Shown here piece by piece: positions 34,503 to 44,870 of a stretch of DNA of 60,042 nucleotides. The translations under genes were made by a program, and so were the position numbers. Each line of letters begins with the position of its first letter. The stretch's first letter is position 1. The notes beneath the pieces were generated by a model, which was given only the letters and a program-made list of their open reading frames with translations, was not told the origin of the DNA and made no database searches. This DNA is from a virus: the IMG/VR virus record IMGVR_UViG_3300000301_000017, positions 1 to 60,042 of that record; one strand, written 5' to 3'.

Positions 34503-36020
34503 ATGGCGTCTGTATATGTAAAAGGTGAGAAAAAGATTCGCCCTGGGATCTATAACCGGTATGAAAACCGCACGGTTACCGACAACACCGGCGCAATTGA
34601 CGGCATTTGCGCGGTGCCGATTCATGCCACGAGCGGCCCGCTTGAGGAGGTACGTCTCTTTACGACGTCCACACAGGACGATTTCACAACGATGTACGGT
34701 GAAGGCGGTACAACCGATGCGGTTCGTGAGATGTTTAAGGGCGGTGCGCTGCAAGTCTATACGTATCGCCTCGGTACCGGCGGCGCAAAGGCCACGGCGG
34801 CGCTGTCTGACACAGAAGGCACAGAAGTGCTGGGTGTGACAGCGTTGTATCCTGGTACGCAGCCGATTTATGTGACGATCCGGGAACGGCTGACAAATGC
34901 AAATCAGAAGGAACTGCTTGTGACCGGTGGCACAACCGGTACGCAGATCCTTGAACAGTTCGTGTTTGATACGAAAGCAAAGTCTGATGCTGTTGTTGGG
35001 GACGTGTTGACCGGAGAGGTCGTAGCGGGTGGTTCTGAAGAAACCGTCGGCGTTGAAAATGAAGTAGATGCATTGATCAAAACGTTTACAGAAACCGGCA
35101 GCAACTACATTGCAATCGAAAAGAAGGCAGATGGCATCGGTGAGCTGGAGCTTGCGTCGAGTGTGCAGCTTTCCGGCGGCGAAGATCCGATTGTTACAGC
35201 ATCCGATTACTCGAACGCATTTAACGCCTTCGAGCCGTATCGATTTAACATTATCGCGGCGGATACGCTTGATGACAATGTCCGTGCCTTGCTGACGGCC
35301 TACGTTGACCGCATCTTTAACGAGGGCCGCTGGACGATGGCCGTCGTTGGCAACGGCATTGACGTGGGCTTCTCGACGCGCTGTGCGCGTGCAAGCAGCA
35401 CCAATGATGCACTTTGCATGTATGTCGGCGGCCAGTTTAACGACAGCACAGGCTTAGTGGAGGGCTATCGCTGCATTGACCGCATCGCCGGTATGGCGGC
35501 GGCCGTCCCGGCAAACGAGAGCCTCGTGCACCGCGCAATTCCTGGCGCTGTCAGTTTAGCTGAAAACCTCACCAACAGCCAGTATGAGACGGCGTATACG
35601 TCCGGTATGGTGGCCATTTCTCAGGCCGCAGACGGCACCGTTTGGCTTGACAACGCTGTCACGACGCTGGTGTCTCCGGGCGCCGACCAGGACGATGGTT
35701 GGAAAAAGGTAAAGCGTGTTAAGACGCGCTTAGAACTGATGGACCGCATTGACCGCCGGCTGGCGCCGATGATCGGCCAGGTAAACTGCACGTCCGACGG
35801 CATTTCCCTTGTCGTCCAGGCCGCACAGGACATCTGCAACACGATGGTGCAGGAAGGCAAACTTCTCGACGGTGCGACCGTCTTGGAGGATCCGGATAAT
35901 CCGGCGACGACGGATAGCCTGTGGCTGCTTGTCCAGGTTGATGATCCGGACACGCTCGAGAAGATTTATTTGAACTACCAGTTCCGATTCAGCCCGGACA
36001 CGGTAACGACGACGGCATAA
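34503..36020 (+). CDS. Contractile tail sheath protein (XkdK-like)
   Basis: The N-terminus PGIYNRYEN, the size, and the tube gene that follows. Confidence 0.8.
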   Translation: MASVYVKGEKKIRPGIYNRYENRTVTDNTGAIDGICAVPIHATSGPLEEVRLFTTSTQDDFTTMYGEGGTTDAVREMFKGGALQVYTYRLGTGGAKATAALSDTEGTEVLGVTALYPGTQPIYVTIRERLTNANQKELLVTGGTTGTQILEQFVFDTKAKSDAVVGDVLTGEVVAGGSEETVGVENEVDALIKTFTETGSNYIAIEKKADGIGELELASSVQLSGGEDPIVTASDYSNAFNAFEPYRFNIIAADTLDDNVRALLTAYVDRIFNEGRWTMAVVGNGIDVGFSTRCARASSTNDALCMYVGGQFNDSTGLVEGYRCIDRIAGMAAAVPANESLVHRAIPGAVSLAENLTNSQYETAYTSGMVAISQAADGTVWLDNAVTTLVSPGADQDDGWKKVKRVKTRLELMDRIDRRLAPMIGQVNCTSDGISLVVQAAQDICNTMVQEGKLLDGATVLEDPDNPATTDSLWLLVQVDDPDTLEKIYLNYQFRFSPDTVTTTA

Positions 36021-36036
36021 AAAGGAGGGATAACGT

Positions 36037-36543
36037 ATGGCGGACATTACAGTTCTTGACACCAGAAAAGTCATTTCTGGTAAAGACGGCCGCATTTTTG
36101 TGGGCGTTGGTGACGATACGCCGCAGTTCTTAGCAGAATGCGGTGAGTGGAGTGCATCTGTATCTTTTTCGAATACTGACTTTCAGCCGGTCGGCAGCCT
36201 GATTCAGGCAGCAGTCACGACTGGCCTCACGATCAGCTTGACATTTACAGAGACAGTCGTACGTGACGACGTGCTGCTTGAGCCGCTGCTGACTGCGTTG
36301 AATCGCGGCATTGTGCCGTGGTATAAGTGCAACGTAGGTCTGACGCGCGCAATCGATGATCAGGAGGAACGCATTACATTCTCGCAGATGGTACCGGATG
36401 GCGATATTGATATTGCAAATCTGTCCCCGGGCGACATCGTGCAGCGTTCCTGGAGCTTCCGGTGCAACATGCTTCCGCAGTATCAGAAGCTCTTTGCCTA
36501 TGAGGGTACCTATAACTCGGAGTACACGCATTTCCAGGGATAA
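36037..36543 (+). CDS. Tail tube protein (XkdM-like)
   Basis: Called from position and size after the sheath gene. Confidence 0.7.
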   Translation: MADITVLDTRKVISGKDGRIFVGVGDDTPQFLAECGEWSASVSFSNTDFQPVGSLIQAAVTTGLTISLTFTETVVRDDVLLEPLLTALNRGIVPWYKCNVGLTRAIDDQEERITFSQMVPDGDIDIANLSPGDIVQRSWSFRCNMLPQYQKLFAYEGTYNSEYTHFQG

Positions 36544-36555
36544 GGAGGATGACCA

Positions 36556-37152
36556 ATGGAGAAAGCGGCAAATAAGAAGCCGGAAGAAATCCTGCAGCAG
36601 CCGATTGAGGAAACCGGTCTGCAGGACAGCATGATGCAGACGGAGCTTTCGCAGGAAGATGTCCTGAAAATGTTTCTCGAAGCGGCCGACTATAAAAACG
36701 ACGAAAATGAAATCATCGCAATCAAGATTCACAGAAACGGGAAGCAGATTCTCCCTACGTTCCACGTGCGGCCGTTAAGTGAACGCGAAATCGATATGGC
36801 GCACAAAAAGGCAACGCACTATGGAAACAATCCACGCGGGCGCAGACTTCCTAAAATCGAGCTTGAAACAGATCAAGGTCTCGAAAACGCATGGATCATT
36901 TACCTTGCCACTGTGAACGACGACAAGGAAAAGTTGTGGAACAATCGCACGTATATCCGCGCGCTGCAGGACCGCCATCCGGAAGTCGTTTTCTCGCAGG
37001 GTAATGAAGGTGCACAGGCCATCAACATGATCTTAAAAGCGGGCGAAAAGACCTATGTGATGCAAAAAATCATCGAAATGTCCTATCCGGATGATGTTGG
37101 CGGCGAAAATGAGTCCGATAACAACGGTGAACTCGATTACGCAAAAAACTAA
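36556..37152 (+). CDS. Tail assembly chaperone (XkdN-like), zero-frame product
   Basis: It lies before the tape measure gene and ends at the slippery A_AAA_AAC site. Confidence 0.65.
   Translation: MEKAANKKPEEILQQPIEETGLQDSMMQTELSQEDVLKMFLEAADYKNDENEIIAIKIHRNGKQILPTFHVRPLSEREIDMAHKKATHYGNNPRGRRLPKIELETDQGLENAWIIYLATVNDDKEKLWNNRTYIRALQDRHPEVVFSQGNEGAQAINMILKAGEKTYVMQKIIEMSYPDDVGGENESDNNGELDYAKN
37143..37149 (+). other. -1 programmed ribosomal frameshift heptamer A_AAA_AAC
   Basis: The heptamer lies immediately before the zero-frame TAA. The -1 frame is open from 37131 to 37373. Confidence 0.65.
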
Positions 37153-37373
37153 TACGTGTCAGTGCAGTCGCGTGGACCGTGGCGCGCTTGTGCGTTGCAA
37201 CGGGTAAACCAGCTGGAGAAATTTTAACCTGGAGTCGTAGGGAGCGTATTTTCCAACTTGCGGCCATGCAGGTGATGGAGGAATCCGGTGTCGGTGACAT
37301 AACGACGAACGCACTGACCGAATGGATGCTCAGAACTGGGCAGCTTACGGAAAAGAAATCCAAGTCTAAATAA
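37149..37373 (+). CDS. -1 frame extension of the tail chaperone (GT-like product)
   Basis: The open -1 frame continues to just before the tape measure start. Confidence 0.55.
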   Translation, partial: LIRVSAVAWTVARLCVATGKPAGEILTWSRRERIFQLAAMQVMEESGVGDITTNALTEWMLRTGQLTEKKSKSK

Positions 37374-37388
37374 GGTGGTGAACTGGGG

Positions 37389-40300
37389 ATGGCTGGCGGG
37401 GAAGAATTTATAATTGATATTACCGGAAAGTTTACGGATGAAACAAAAGGCGGCATAGAAAAGCTCGATAAGGAGCTGGAAGCTGTCCAGAAAAAGGCGA
37501 AAACGTACGAGAAAGCGATTTCTTCTGTAGGGACAGACGCAAAATCGCTGAAAAAGATCCAGACAAATTTGAGCAGTGTCCTTTCGCAGGCACAGCAGAA
37601 GTATTCTTCTGCAAAGTCATCGGCTGATCAATATGGGACCAGCATGACGGATCTACAGAAGAAGTTAAAGTCGCTGCATGCAAATCAAAGAGATGTATCA
37701 GCGCAGATTCGTGAAACAACGACACAGCTCAATGCTGCGAAAAAGGCCGGAAATCAGGCTGAGATCACCAGTCTATCGGAAGCTCTCGATGAACATAGGA
37801 CTTCCCAAAAAAATGTTGCAAAAAGCATTCAAGAAACATCAAGTGAACTTGATAGTGCAACGAGCAAATTTGCAGCGTATTCACAGGCTGCCAAAAGCGC
37901 TGGAGATGGACTTCAGGTTTTGGAAAAGCAGAATGAAACGCTGCAGGAGAAACTCGACGCCACTCCAACGTATCAAAGAGTCGCAGACGGATTCCAGACT
38001 GCCAGTGAAAAGATTGGAAAGGTTGGCGATGCGTTAACCCTTGGCGTCACGACGCCTGTGCTAGCCGCCGGAGCGGCAGCTATCAACACTGGCATTGGCT
38101 TTGAGAATGCGATGTCTCAGGTTGCAGGTGCATTGAATATGCCCGCATCCCAGATGGGAAATCTTAAACAGCTCGCGCTGGACATGGGGCAAGAGACCAT
38201 CTTCTCGGCGTCAGAGGCTGCACAAGCTATGACTGAGCTTGCCAAAGGCGGCATGACGGAAGCGAACATTCAGGGCGGTGCTTTACAGTCCACAATGGAT
38301 CTGGCAGCCTCGTCTGGGATGAATCTTGCGGATGCTGCAAACACGGTGGTCCAGACGATGGGTGCATTCGATTTATCGGCATCACGTTCAGGCGAAGCGG
38401 TCAATGCGCTGGCCGGCGCCGCTGCGGCGTCGAGCGCGGATGTTTCCGACTTGACGCAAGGCCTGTCGCAGGTCGGTACAGTCGCGCAAAATTCCGGCTG
38501 GGACGTCCAAGAGACGGCAGCTACTTTGGCGGCCTTCGCGGACGCCGGCATTATGGGCTCTGACGCTGGTACATCTCTCAAAACGATGCTGCAGCGCCTT
38601 ACTGCACCGACCGACGCAGCGAAAAAGAAAATGGAAGAACTCGGCATTTCTGTACGAGACAGCAACGATAACTTGTTAAGTGCGCAGGAAATTGCGCAGA
38701 ATCTGCAGGACGCGTTGTCTGGATTGAGTTCTGGAGATCGAGATGCAGCGCTCAATGAAATCTTTGGCTCCGATGCTATCCGTGCGGCGATCGTTCTTGC
38801 AAACGAAGGCGCGTCTGGTATGCAGACATATGTGGATGCAGCGTCAGACGCAGATGCGGCATCGCGCATGGCGGAAAGCCAGATGGGAGATACTGGCCGC
38901 GCAATTGAGGAAATGAAGGGCTCGATTGAGACAGCCGGTATTACGATTTCCGAAGTATTGGCGCCTTACGTTACGAAGGGCGCCGAGGCTGTAACAAAAC
39001 TAGTCAACGCATTTTCGGAGCTGAGCGATGGTGCAAAAGGAACCATCCTCGGCGTTATTGGCGGCACCGCGCTTGCAGGGCCGGCGATTAAAACGTTCAG
39101 CCCGCTGCTTAGCGGGATCAGCAAGATCATCAAAAAAGTTGGTGATATGCGGAAAAACGCAAAGGCCGTTTCAAGTACTGCTGAAGCCGTTACAGGCTCC
39201 ATTTCCGGCGTTTCGAACGCGACTCAGACGGTTACTGATGCGATGGCTTCCGCTGCAAAGTCCACCTCCAAGTGGAGCTCTATTTCCTCCAAACTCCCCG
39301 GAATTTTGGGCCTTGTGGCGGCCGGCGTTACGGCAACAGTCGTGGCTGTGAAAGCGTACCACGAGTACATGGTCGACCTTGATAAGAAGGAGCACTTTGG
39401 GAATATTACGCTCTCCGCGGAGGAAGTCGCCGATGTGGCGGATCGCCTGACAAAGACGGAATTCACGATGAAGCTCGATGAAATCGACGAAAACGCCGAG
39501 AAGGTCGATAACTTACGTGAGTCGCTCGAAGACCTTGAACAAAGTCTCGACAAGACGAACTGGAAAGCGTCGATTGGGCTTGAATTGACTGTTGATGAGC
39601 AAGAAGGGTTCAAGAGTGATGTAGAGTCGTATGTACAGAATGCACTCGACATGATCAATCAGCAGCACTATACGACCTCTTTGGCTATTGACATGGTAGC
39701 TCAAAGCGGAAGCTGGGGTAACGAGACGCTTTCCAAACTCAGCAACACATACTACAGCTCTCTTGAATCTAACTTTTCTGATATGGGCAAAAAGCTTTCG
39801 GATGCGGTTGCGAGCGCGTTTGCAGATGGAGAGCTTTCTCCCGATGAGGTCGAGAATATCACAAACAAGTACCTCAAACCGATGCAAGATGCCGTCGATA
39901 AGTTCAATGAGGCGCAGGATGAAGCCAAACTCAACCGTGTTCAGCAAAACGCTTTGCATGGAGGCAAGGGGGGCTTAACAGCCGAGAGCTTCCAAGATTT
40001 GATGGATGCCATTGGCGATAGAATCTCTTCAAATTCAGAAGCAACTGATAACGCTGCGGCACAAAGCATGGCCGAACTAGCAGGATTGAAACAGCAAGGT
40101 CTCCTTTCTGGGTCCGCATATAACGAAATGTATGACTATGTCACTCGAAGCGCAAATCAGCAATATGCTACGGATTCAATTGGCTCTGTAATGAAGGGCT
40201 ATGAGACACTTCAGCAGAATTACAGTAAAGAAATATCTGCTGTAAGTGATGAATTCGATTCATCGATGCAAAGCACGTTGAGCGAATTGATGAACAGTGA

Positions 40301-42047
40301 CATGTGGATGACAGATCTGTACGGTGCCCTAAAAGATGTTGGTACGATGAACAACGCTGGCATCAAGACTTTGACCGGCGATTCACAGGAAAACATGCAG
40401 AAGCTCACGCAGAGCCTTGACGACGACTTTACAAACCAAATCTACAGTTATGCAGATGACTGGTTTGATGCAGGACAGGTTCCGCCGAAGGAATTCGTGA
40501 ATGGCATGCAGGAAGCTTTCAGAACAGAAATGATGTCCGGCAACACCACGCACGCGATGGATTACGCCGGCATGATTCTCGGTACAAACGATGATTTTCG
40601 TAAGCAGATGGAAGACTTCTATAAACAAAACGAAGGAAATGTTTCTGAAGGCTTTATGCAGATGATTCGCGGCGCAGAAATGGCATCCGGCAAAATCTTT
40701 GAGGACGGCATTTTTAAAGACGCGGAAGAGGCAACATCCATCGGCGGAGAACGTCTGGAAGAGCTTATGCGCAACGTTGGAATTAGGGCAGGATCATCTC
40801 TCGCAGATGCGCTCGGTGAAGCGAGCGTTGATGTGCAGACAAGCATCGATGCCATCTATACGATGTTCTCGAGTGGAAGACGACTTAATTCCGAACAGGT
40901 AGCGCAGGCATTTTCCGGCGTTGGTATTAACCTCAGTGACGCGCTCGCCCAAGAGCTTGCGGCCGTTGAGCCGGACATGCAGGCACGAGTCGCAACATTG
41001 TTGGCAACTGTGCTCTCCGGGATCCAGCTGGATGCGAATTCCCTTGGTACTGTTTTGAGTGGATTTGGCGTCACGTTGAGCAACAGCCTGGTCGATTCTT
41101 TGTCTGGGCTCGGTGCAGATGTGCAGCGGGCGTTGATCAACGCCGTAACAAGCGCGGATGTGCCAGCGGCTATCGATCAGCTAAAACAGCAATTTCCAGA
41201 CAATGTGACTATACAAGGTCTGAAGGTCAACGTGGACGCTACAACGGGAGCTGTCACACTTGCAGGCGGTGAGGAAAGTATTGATGATGTAATTAAGAGT
41301 GCGGCAGGAGATGGAGGGAACATCACGATCTATAAGAACGTGGATGTGGTAACAAAAGAAATGTATCCTTCTAAAGATTCTGCAAATATTGAATCTCTTA
41401 CCGCAAGTTTTCAGCAAACTGTTGAACAAGTCATTCATGCAAATCCTGATACGGCCGAAGCGGAACAACAGCTCAATGAAACAGCCAGAGACCGAGACTC
41501 CACAATTAATGTGACTGTAAGTGGTACTGAAACAGTGTCTGATTCTCTAGACGATTTAGCGAGAGATAGAACCGCAAACATTTATGTAAATCAAATAGGA
41601 GGTCTCAACACCACAGAAAATGCCTCCGGCGGTATCATTAAATCTAAGACGCTCTCCTGGCTCGCAGAAGAGGGCTGGCCGGAAGCCGTCATTCCGTTTG
41701 ATCCGGCTCGGCGCAAGCGGGCCATCAGCCTGTGGGAACAGACCGGTGAAAAGCTCGGTGTGGCTCCAGAATCCCATGCAGACGGTGGCTTTGTTGGAAA
41801 CCCTGGGAAGCTCATCCCGTTTACGCCGCCCGCGTCGGTGGAACCGGCGCAGGGAGGCGCCCAGGGTGGGGCGAGTGTCACGATATCTTCTGGTGCCATC
41901 CAGATCACGGTGCAGGCGAACGGATCTGACGCGAACGCAATCGCGGCAGCACTTAATAACACAGATATTGCAGAAGAAATTGCCCGCAGGATCGCTCGTG
42001 AGCTGAATCGTGGCCTGCGCAACACGCCGAACGCGAGGGAGGCATAA
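37389..42047 (+). CDS. Tail tape measure protein
   Basis: It is 1552 aa with a TP901-type core (AMSQVAGALNM...ALDMGQETIFSASEAAQAMTELAKGG) and long helical repeats. Confidence 0.92.
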   Translation: MAGGEEFIIDITGKFTDETKGGIEKLDKELEAVQKKAKTYEKAISSVGTDAKSLKKIQTNLSSVLSQAQQKYSSAKSSADQYGTSMTDLQKKLKSLHANQRDVSAQIRETTTQLNAAKKAGNQAEITSLSEALDEHRTSQKNVAKSIQETSSELDSATSKFAAYSQAAKSAGDGLQVLEKQNETLQEKLDATPTYQRVADGFQTASEKIGKVGDALTLGVTTPVLAAGAAAINTGIGFENAMSQVAGALNMPASQMGNLKQLALDMGQETIFSASEAAQAMTELAKGGMTEANIQGGALQSTMDLAASSGMNLADAANTVVQTMGAFDLSASRSGEAVNALAGAAAASSADVSDLTQGLSQVGTVAQNSGWDVQETAATLAAFADAGIMGSDAGTSLKTMLQRLTAPTDAAKKKMEELGISVRDSNDNLLSAQEIAQNLQDALSGLSSGDRDAALNEIFGSDAIRAAIVLANEGASGMQTYVDAASDADAASRMAESQMGDTGRAIEEMKGSIETAGITISEVLAPYVTKGAEAVTKLVNAFSELSDGAKGTILGVIGGTALAGPAIKTFSPLLSGISKIIKKVGDMRKNAKAVSSTAEAVTGSISGVSNATQTVTDAMASAAKSTSKWSSISSKLPGILGLVAAGVTATVVAVKAYHEYMVDLDKKEHFGNITLSAEEVADVADRLTKTEFTMKLDEIDENAEKVDNLRESLEDLEQSLDKTNWKASIGLELTVDEQEGFKSDVESYVQNALDMINQQHYTTSLAIDMVAQSGSWGNETLSKLSNTYYSSLESNFSDMGKKLSDAVASAFADGELSPDEVENITNKYLKPMQDAVDKFNEAQDEAKLNRVQQNALHGGKGGLTAESFQDLMDAIGDRISSNSEATDNAAAQSMAELAGLKQQGLLSGSAYNEMYDYVTRSANQQYATDSIGSVMKGYETLQQNYSKEISAVSDEFDSSMQSTLSELMNSDMWMTDLYGALKDVGTMNNAGIKTLTGDSQENMQKLTQSLDDDFTNQIYSYADDWFDAGQVPPKEFVNGMQEAFRTEMMSGNTTHAMDYAGMILGTNDDFRKQMEDFYKQNEGNVSEGFMQMIRGAEMASGKIFEDGIFKDAEEATSIGGERLEELMRNVGIRAGSSLADALGEASVDVQTSIDAIYTMFSSGRRLNSEQVAQAFSGVGINLSDALAQELAAVEPDMQARVATLLATVLSGIQLDANSLGTVLSGFGVTLSNSLVDSLSGLGADVQRALINAVTSADVPAAIDQLKQQFPDNVTIQGLKVNVDATTGAVTLAGGEESIDDVIKSAAGDGGNITIYKNVDVVTKEMYPSKDSANIESLTASFQQTVEQVIHANPDTAEAEQQLNETARDRDSTINVTVSGTETVSDSLDDLARDRTANIYVNQIGGLNTTENASGGIIKSKTLSWLAEEGWPEAVIPFDPARRKRAISLWEQTGEKLGVAPESHADGGFVGNPGKLIPFTPPASVEPAQGGAQGGASVTISSGAIQITVQANGSDANAIAAALNNTDIAEEIARRIARELNRGLRNTPNAREA

Positions 42048-42048
42048 C

Positions 42049-43029
42049 ATGGACCTCTATCTGACAGTATTGCAGGGAGAGCAGGAGAATCCGGACGGGT
42101 TTTCCTTTCAATTTCCGTCTCCTCCGGAAGAGATCACGGTTGAGTCTGGCGCCACGTTTTTCACGTTTGCCCTGTTAAATATCGGTGACACAAACATTCC
42201 AAACGGGGAAGACCTGCAGAGCGTGTCTTGGACAGGCTACTTTTTTGGAGAGGCGCGCATCGGCATGGCCGGCGGCGCCATCCACACGTGGCAGGATCCG
42301 GAGGTTTGCAAAAATCAAATTTTGACATGGCAATCCGCGCACCAGAAGCTGCGGCTGAACATCACAAAAACGTGGGTAAACCTGGACGTCTACATCGAGA
42401 GCTTTGAGTGGCATTACTCGGGTGGCTTTGGCGACATCAAGTATACGATTAAGCTCCAGCAGGCGAAAAACCCGGAAATCACGATGAACGCGCCGCAGGT
42501 GATGGACTCTATTCCGGGCAAAGTTGTGCCAGATGATACCGCCTACACTTGCGATACGTCGACCACGGTGCCCGTGGCGCCCGGCGGAACGTACACCTGT
42601 ATGATTTACTGCACGGCAGGGCGGCCAAACGTTATTGCGGGCACCGGAAGTGTGTGCGACGTTACACTTAAAAGCCGCAGGGACGATAATTGGTACTTTA
42701 CGTGCACAGCAACGGGAGAAATCGGAGAGTCCAGTGGTATCTATATCAATGGATCCCCACAACCACAGTTCCGGATTCTCGTTGATGGGGAGGGCTACGG
42801 TGCTACGATGACAGGCACGATTGTCACATCGTCTGCCAGCGTTTATGTGGTTAATCCCGGAGATACGATCTGGTTTGCAGCGCTCAAAATCTACCATGAC
42901 GGCTCTCAATGGCGAAAACTCTACGACGCGAACAAGCAGCTGATAGAAGAAACAGCAGTTGCGAACGGCAGAAACTCTTCCGAGCTGGGGAAGTATCTCT
43001 ATGCCGGAACGCAGCTGCTGATTCCTTAA
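42049..43029 (+). CDS. XkdP-like tail protein with a C-terminal LysM domain and an internal beta domain shared with the endolysin
   Basis: The LysM region reads YVVNPGDTIWFAALKIY......LYDANK. The internal domain reads YTCMIYCTAGRPNVIAGTGSV. Confidence 0.65.
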   Translation: MDLYLTVLQGEQENPDGFSFQFPSPPEEITVESGATFFTFALLNIGDTNIPNGEDLQSVSWTGYFFGEARIGMAGGAIHTWQDPEVCKNQILTWQSAHQKLRLNITKTWVNLDVYIESFEWHYSGGFGDIKYTIKLQQAKNPEITMNAPQVMDSIPGKVVPDDTAYTCDTSTTVPVAPGGTYTCMIYCTAGRPNVIAGTGSVCDVTLKSRRDDNWYFTCTATGEIGESSGIYINGSPQPQFRILVDGEGYGATMTGTIVTSSASVYVVNPGDTIWFAALKIYHDGSQWRKLYDANKQLIEETAVANGRNSSELGKYLYAGTQLLIP

Positions 43030-43042
43030 AGGAGGCGATAGG

Positions 43043-44047
43043 ATGCCGGCGGTTGACCGTGTAACGTACACGCTTTATTTCCAAAAAGGTGGGAGCCTGT
43101 ATCAACTTGCACCTATTTGTACGGAATTAAAGCTCAGCGAAAAGAAAGACGAACTAGCGCAGACGCTGACATTCAAGCTTGCAAACGTAAAAGTGGGGGA
43201 TACCTACATAGGGTCCCTGCTGGATCCGGGCGACATCATTCATCTCACATGCAATGACGGAGACGGGCGCAAGGGAGAACTGTTCCGAGGCCCCGTGTGG
43301 GAGACGGAGTACGAGCACGGCAAACGCACCTATTCCTGCACCGCCTACGATCCGCTGATCTATTTGAACAAAAGCAAAGACCTTCTCTTTTTTCAGAAGG
43401 GACGCACAACGCAGCAGATTTTTGAAAGCGTCTGCAGCGAATGGAACATCCCACTCTCGTATACGTATACTTCCATCCAGCACGAGCAGGTGGGGAACAC
43501 GTCGGCCGTACAAATCGCTGATTTCTTAGTGGAGAGGCTGCACGAGGTGCGTGAAAAAACGCACTTGCAGTATACGCTCAAGTACGAAAACCAGAAGATG
43601 GTGGTGTGTTACCGAGGGAACAACTCGATCGTTTATACGCTTTCTGACGACACGAATCTGACGGCGTCGTCTCTATCCCGCACGATGGACGATATGCTCA
43701 CGCAGGTTGTGATCACCGGCCCCTCCGATGACAGTGACTCGGCGCCTCCGGTGGAGGCGACACTTCATGGGGAAAACCAAACACACTATGGAACCATTCA
43801 GAGCTACGTTGCGCGGAATGAAGATGATACACTCGCAAAAATCAAGGAAGAGCAGCAGCAGACGTTGTGGGAAAAGCGGCTGCCGTCGAAGACCTTTTCA
43901 GCGACGAGCATTGACTATCCGTTTATGCGCGTCGGGGACATCGTGAAATATAACACGGGTTCAAACGCCGGATGGAACCGGCTATGTGTTAAAAGTGTGA
44001 CTCATGACTTATTGAATCGAAGCATGCAATTGGAGCTGGAAACGTAA
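43043..44047 (+). CDS. XkdQ-like baseplate hub/late control D-like protein
   Basis: Called from position and size. Confidence 0.5.
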   Translation: MPAVDRVTYTLYFQKGGSLYQLAPICTELKLSEKKDELAQTLTFKLANVKVGDTYIGSLLDPGDIIHLTCNDGDGRKGELFRGPVWETEYEHGKRTYSCTAYDPLIYLNKSKDLLFFQKGRTTQQIFESVCSEWNIPLSYTYTSIQHEQVGNTSAVQIADFLVERLHEVREKTHLQYTLKYENQKMVVCYRGNNSIVYTLSDDTNLTASSLSRTMDDMLTQVVITGPSDDSDSAPPVEATLHGENQTHYGTIQSYVARNEDDTLAKIKEEQQQTLWEKRLPSKTFSATSIDYPFMRVGDIVKYNTGSNAGWNRLCVKSVTHDLLNRSMQLELET

Positions 44048-44370
44048 TGGACGGATTTTCTGAATTAAAAGAAGCGGTTGTAAAGCGCGTGAACGATACC
44101 GGCGCCTATTACTCGCAGCCGGTATTGCATCTCGGGAGAATGATAGGCACGAACTTAAAACTTGACGGTTCTACGCAGCTGTACCCAACGGGAACATATA
44201 AAATCTCGCGCACACTGAAACAGCCAACAAGCGGCTGGACAAAAGATGCGGAGGGATATGAGGTATTTCTTCCGGAAAGTCTTCAGCCATTAAAATCAGG
44301 AGACCGGGTGCTCGTTGCGGAAATCCGCACGCGCTATAAAGAAGACTTTGTCATCATTGACATTCTGTGA
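44047..44370 (+). CDS. Small baseplate protein (XkdR-like)
   Basis: Called from position. Confidence 0.4.
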   Translation: MDGFSELKEAVVKRVNDTGAYYSQPVLHLGRMIGTNLKLDGSTQLYPTGTYKISRTLKQPTSGWTKDAEGYEVFLPESLQPLKSGDRVLVAEIRTRYKEDFVIIDIL

Positions 44371-44384
44371 AAGGGGAGAAAAGC

Positions 44385-44870
44385 ATGGCAGACAATACAC
44401 TGTTTCCTGCAGCCATCGCCGACGATACGATAGATAATGTCGGACTCTCAGACACGGATGCAACAGACAACTATACTGGCTATAAGCTGGGCCCGTACTT
44501 TGACGGGAAAGATTTTGTACGTGATGGTGCGCACCGCATTATCGCGGCGAGTGGCGCGGACACGTGGAAAGCATGGTGCCGCAAGTGCTTGGTAACCGAG
44601 CGCGGCGCCTCCATCTATTATCCCGATACATTCGGGATCCGCACGGTAGAAGCACTTGGTTCTTCAGACAAAGATCTTGCAGAAAATATCCTCTCTCGAG
44701 AGATCCGCGAGGCAATGATGCGGGACCCATATGGCCGGTGCAAGCAGGTTGATTCGCTGACGTTCTCGTGGGGCGTTGATTCCGTGGAAGTGTACCTAGA
44801 AATGACGGGAATTGACGGATCCACTATAGCGCTGAAACAAACGATAGGAGGTGGAACGTATGCCGTATAG
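44385..44870 (+). CDS. Baseplate protein (XkdS-like)
   Basis: Called from position. Confidence 0.4.
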   Translation: MADNTLFPAAIADDTIDNVGLSDTDATDNYTGYKLGPYFDGKDFVRDGAHRIIAASGADTWKAWCRKCLVTERGASIYYPDTFGIRTVEALGSSDKDLAENILSREIREAMMRDPYGRCKQVDSLTFSWGVDSVEVYLEMTGIDGSTIALKQTIGGGTYAV

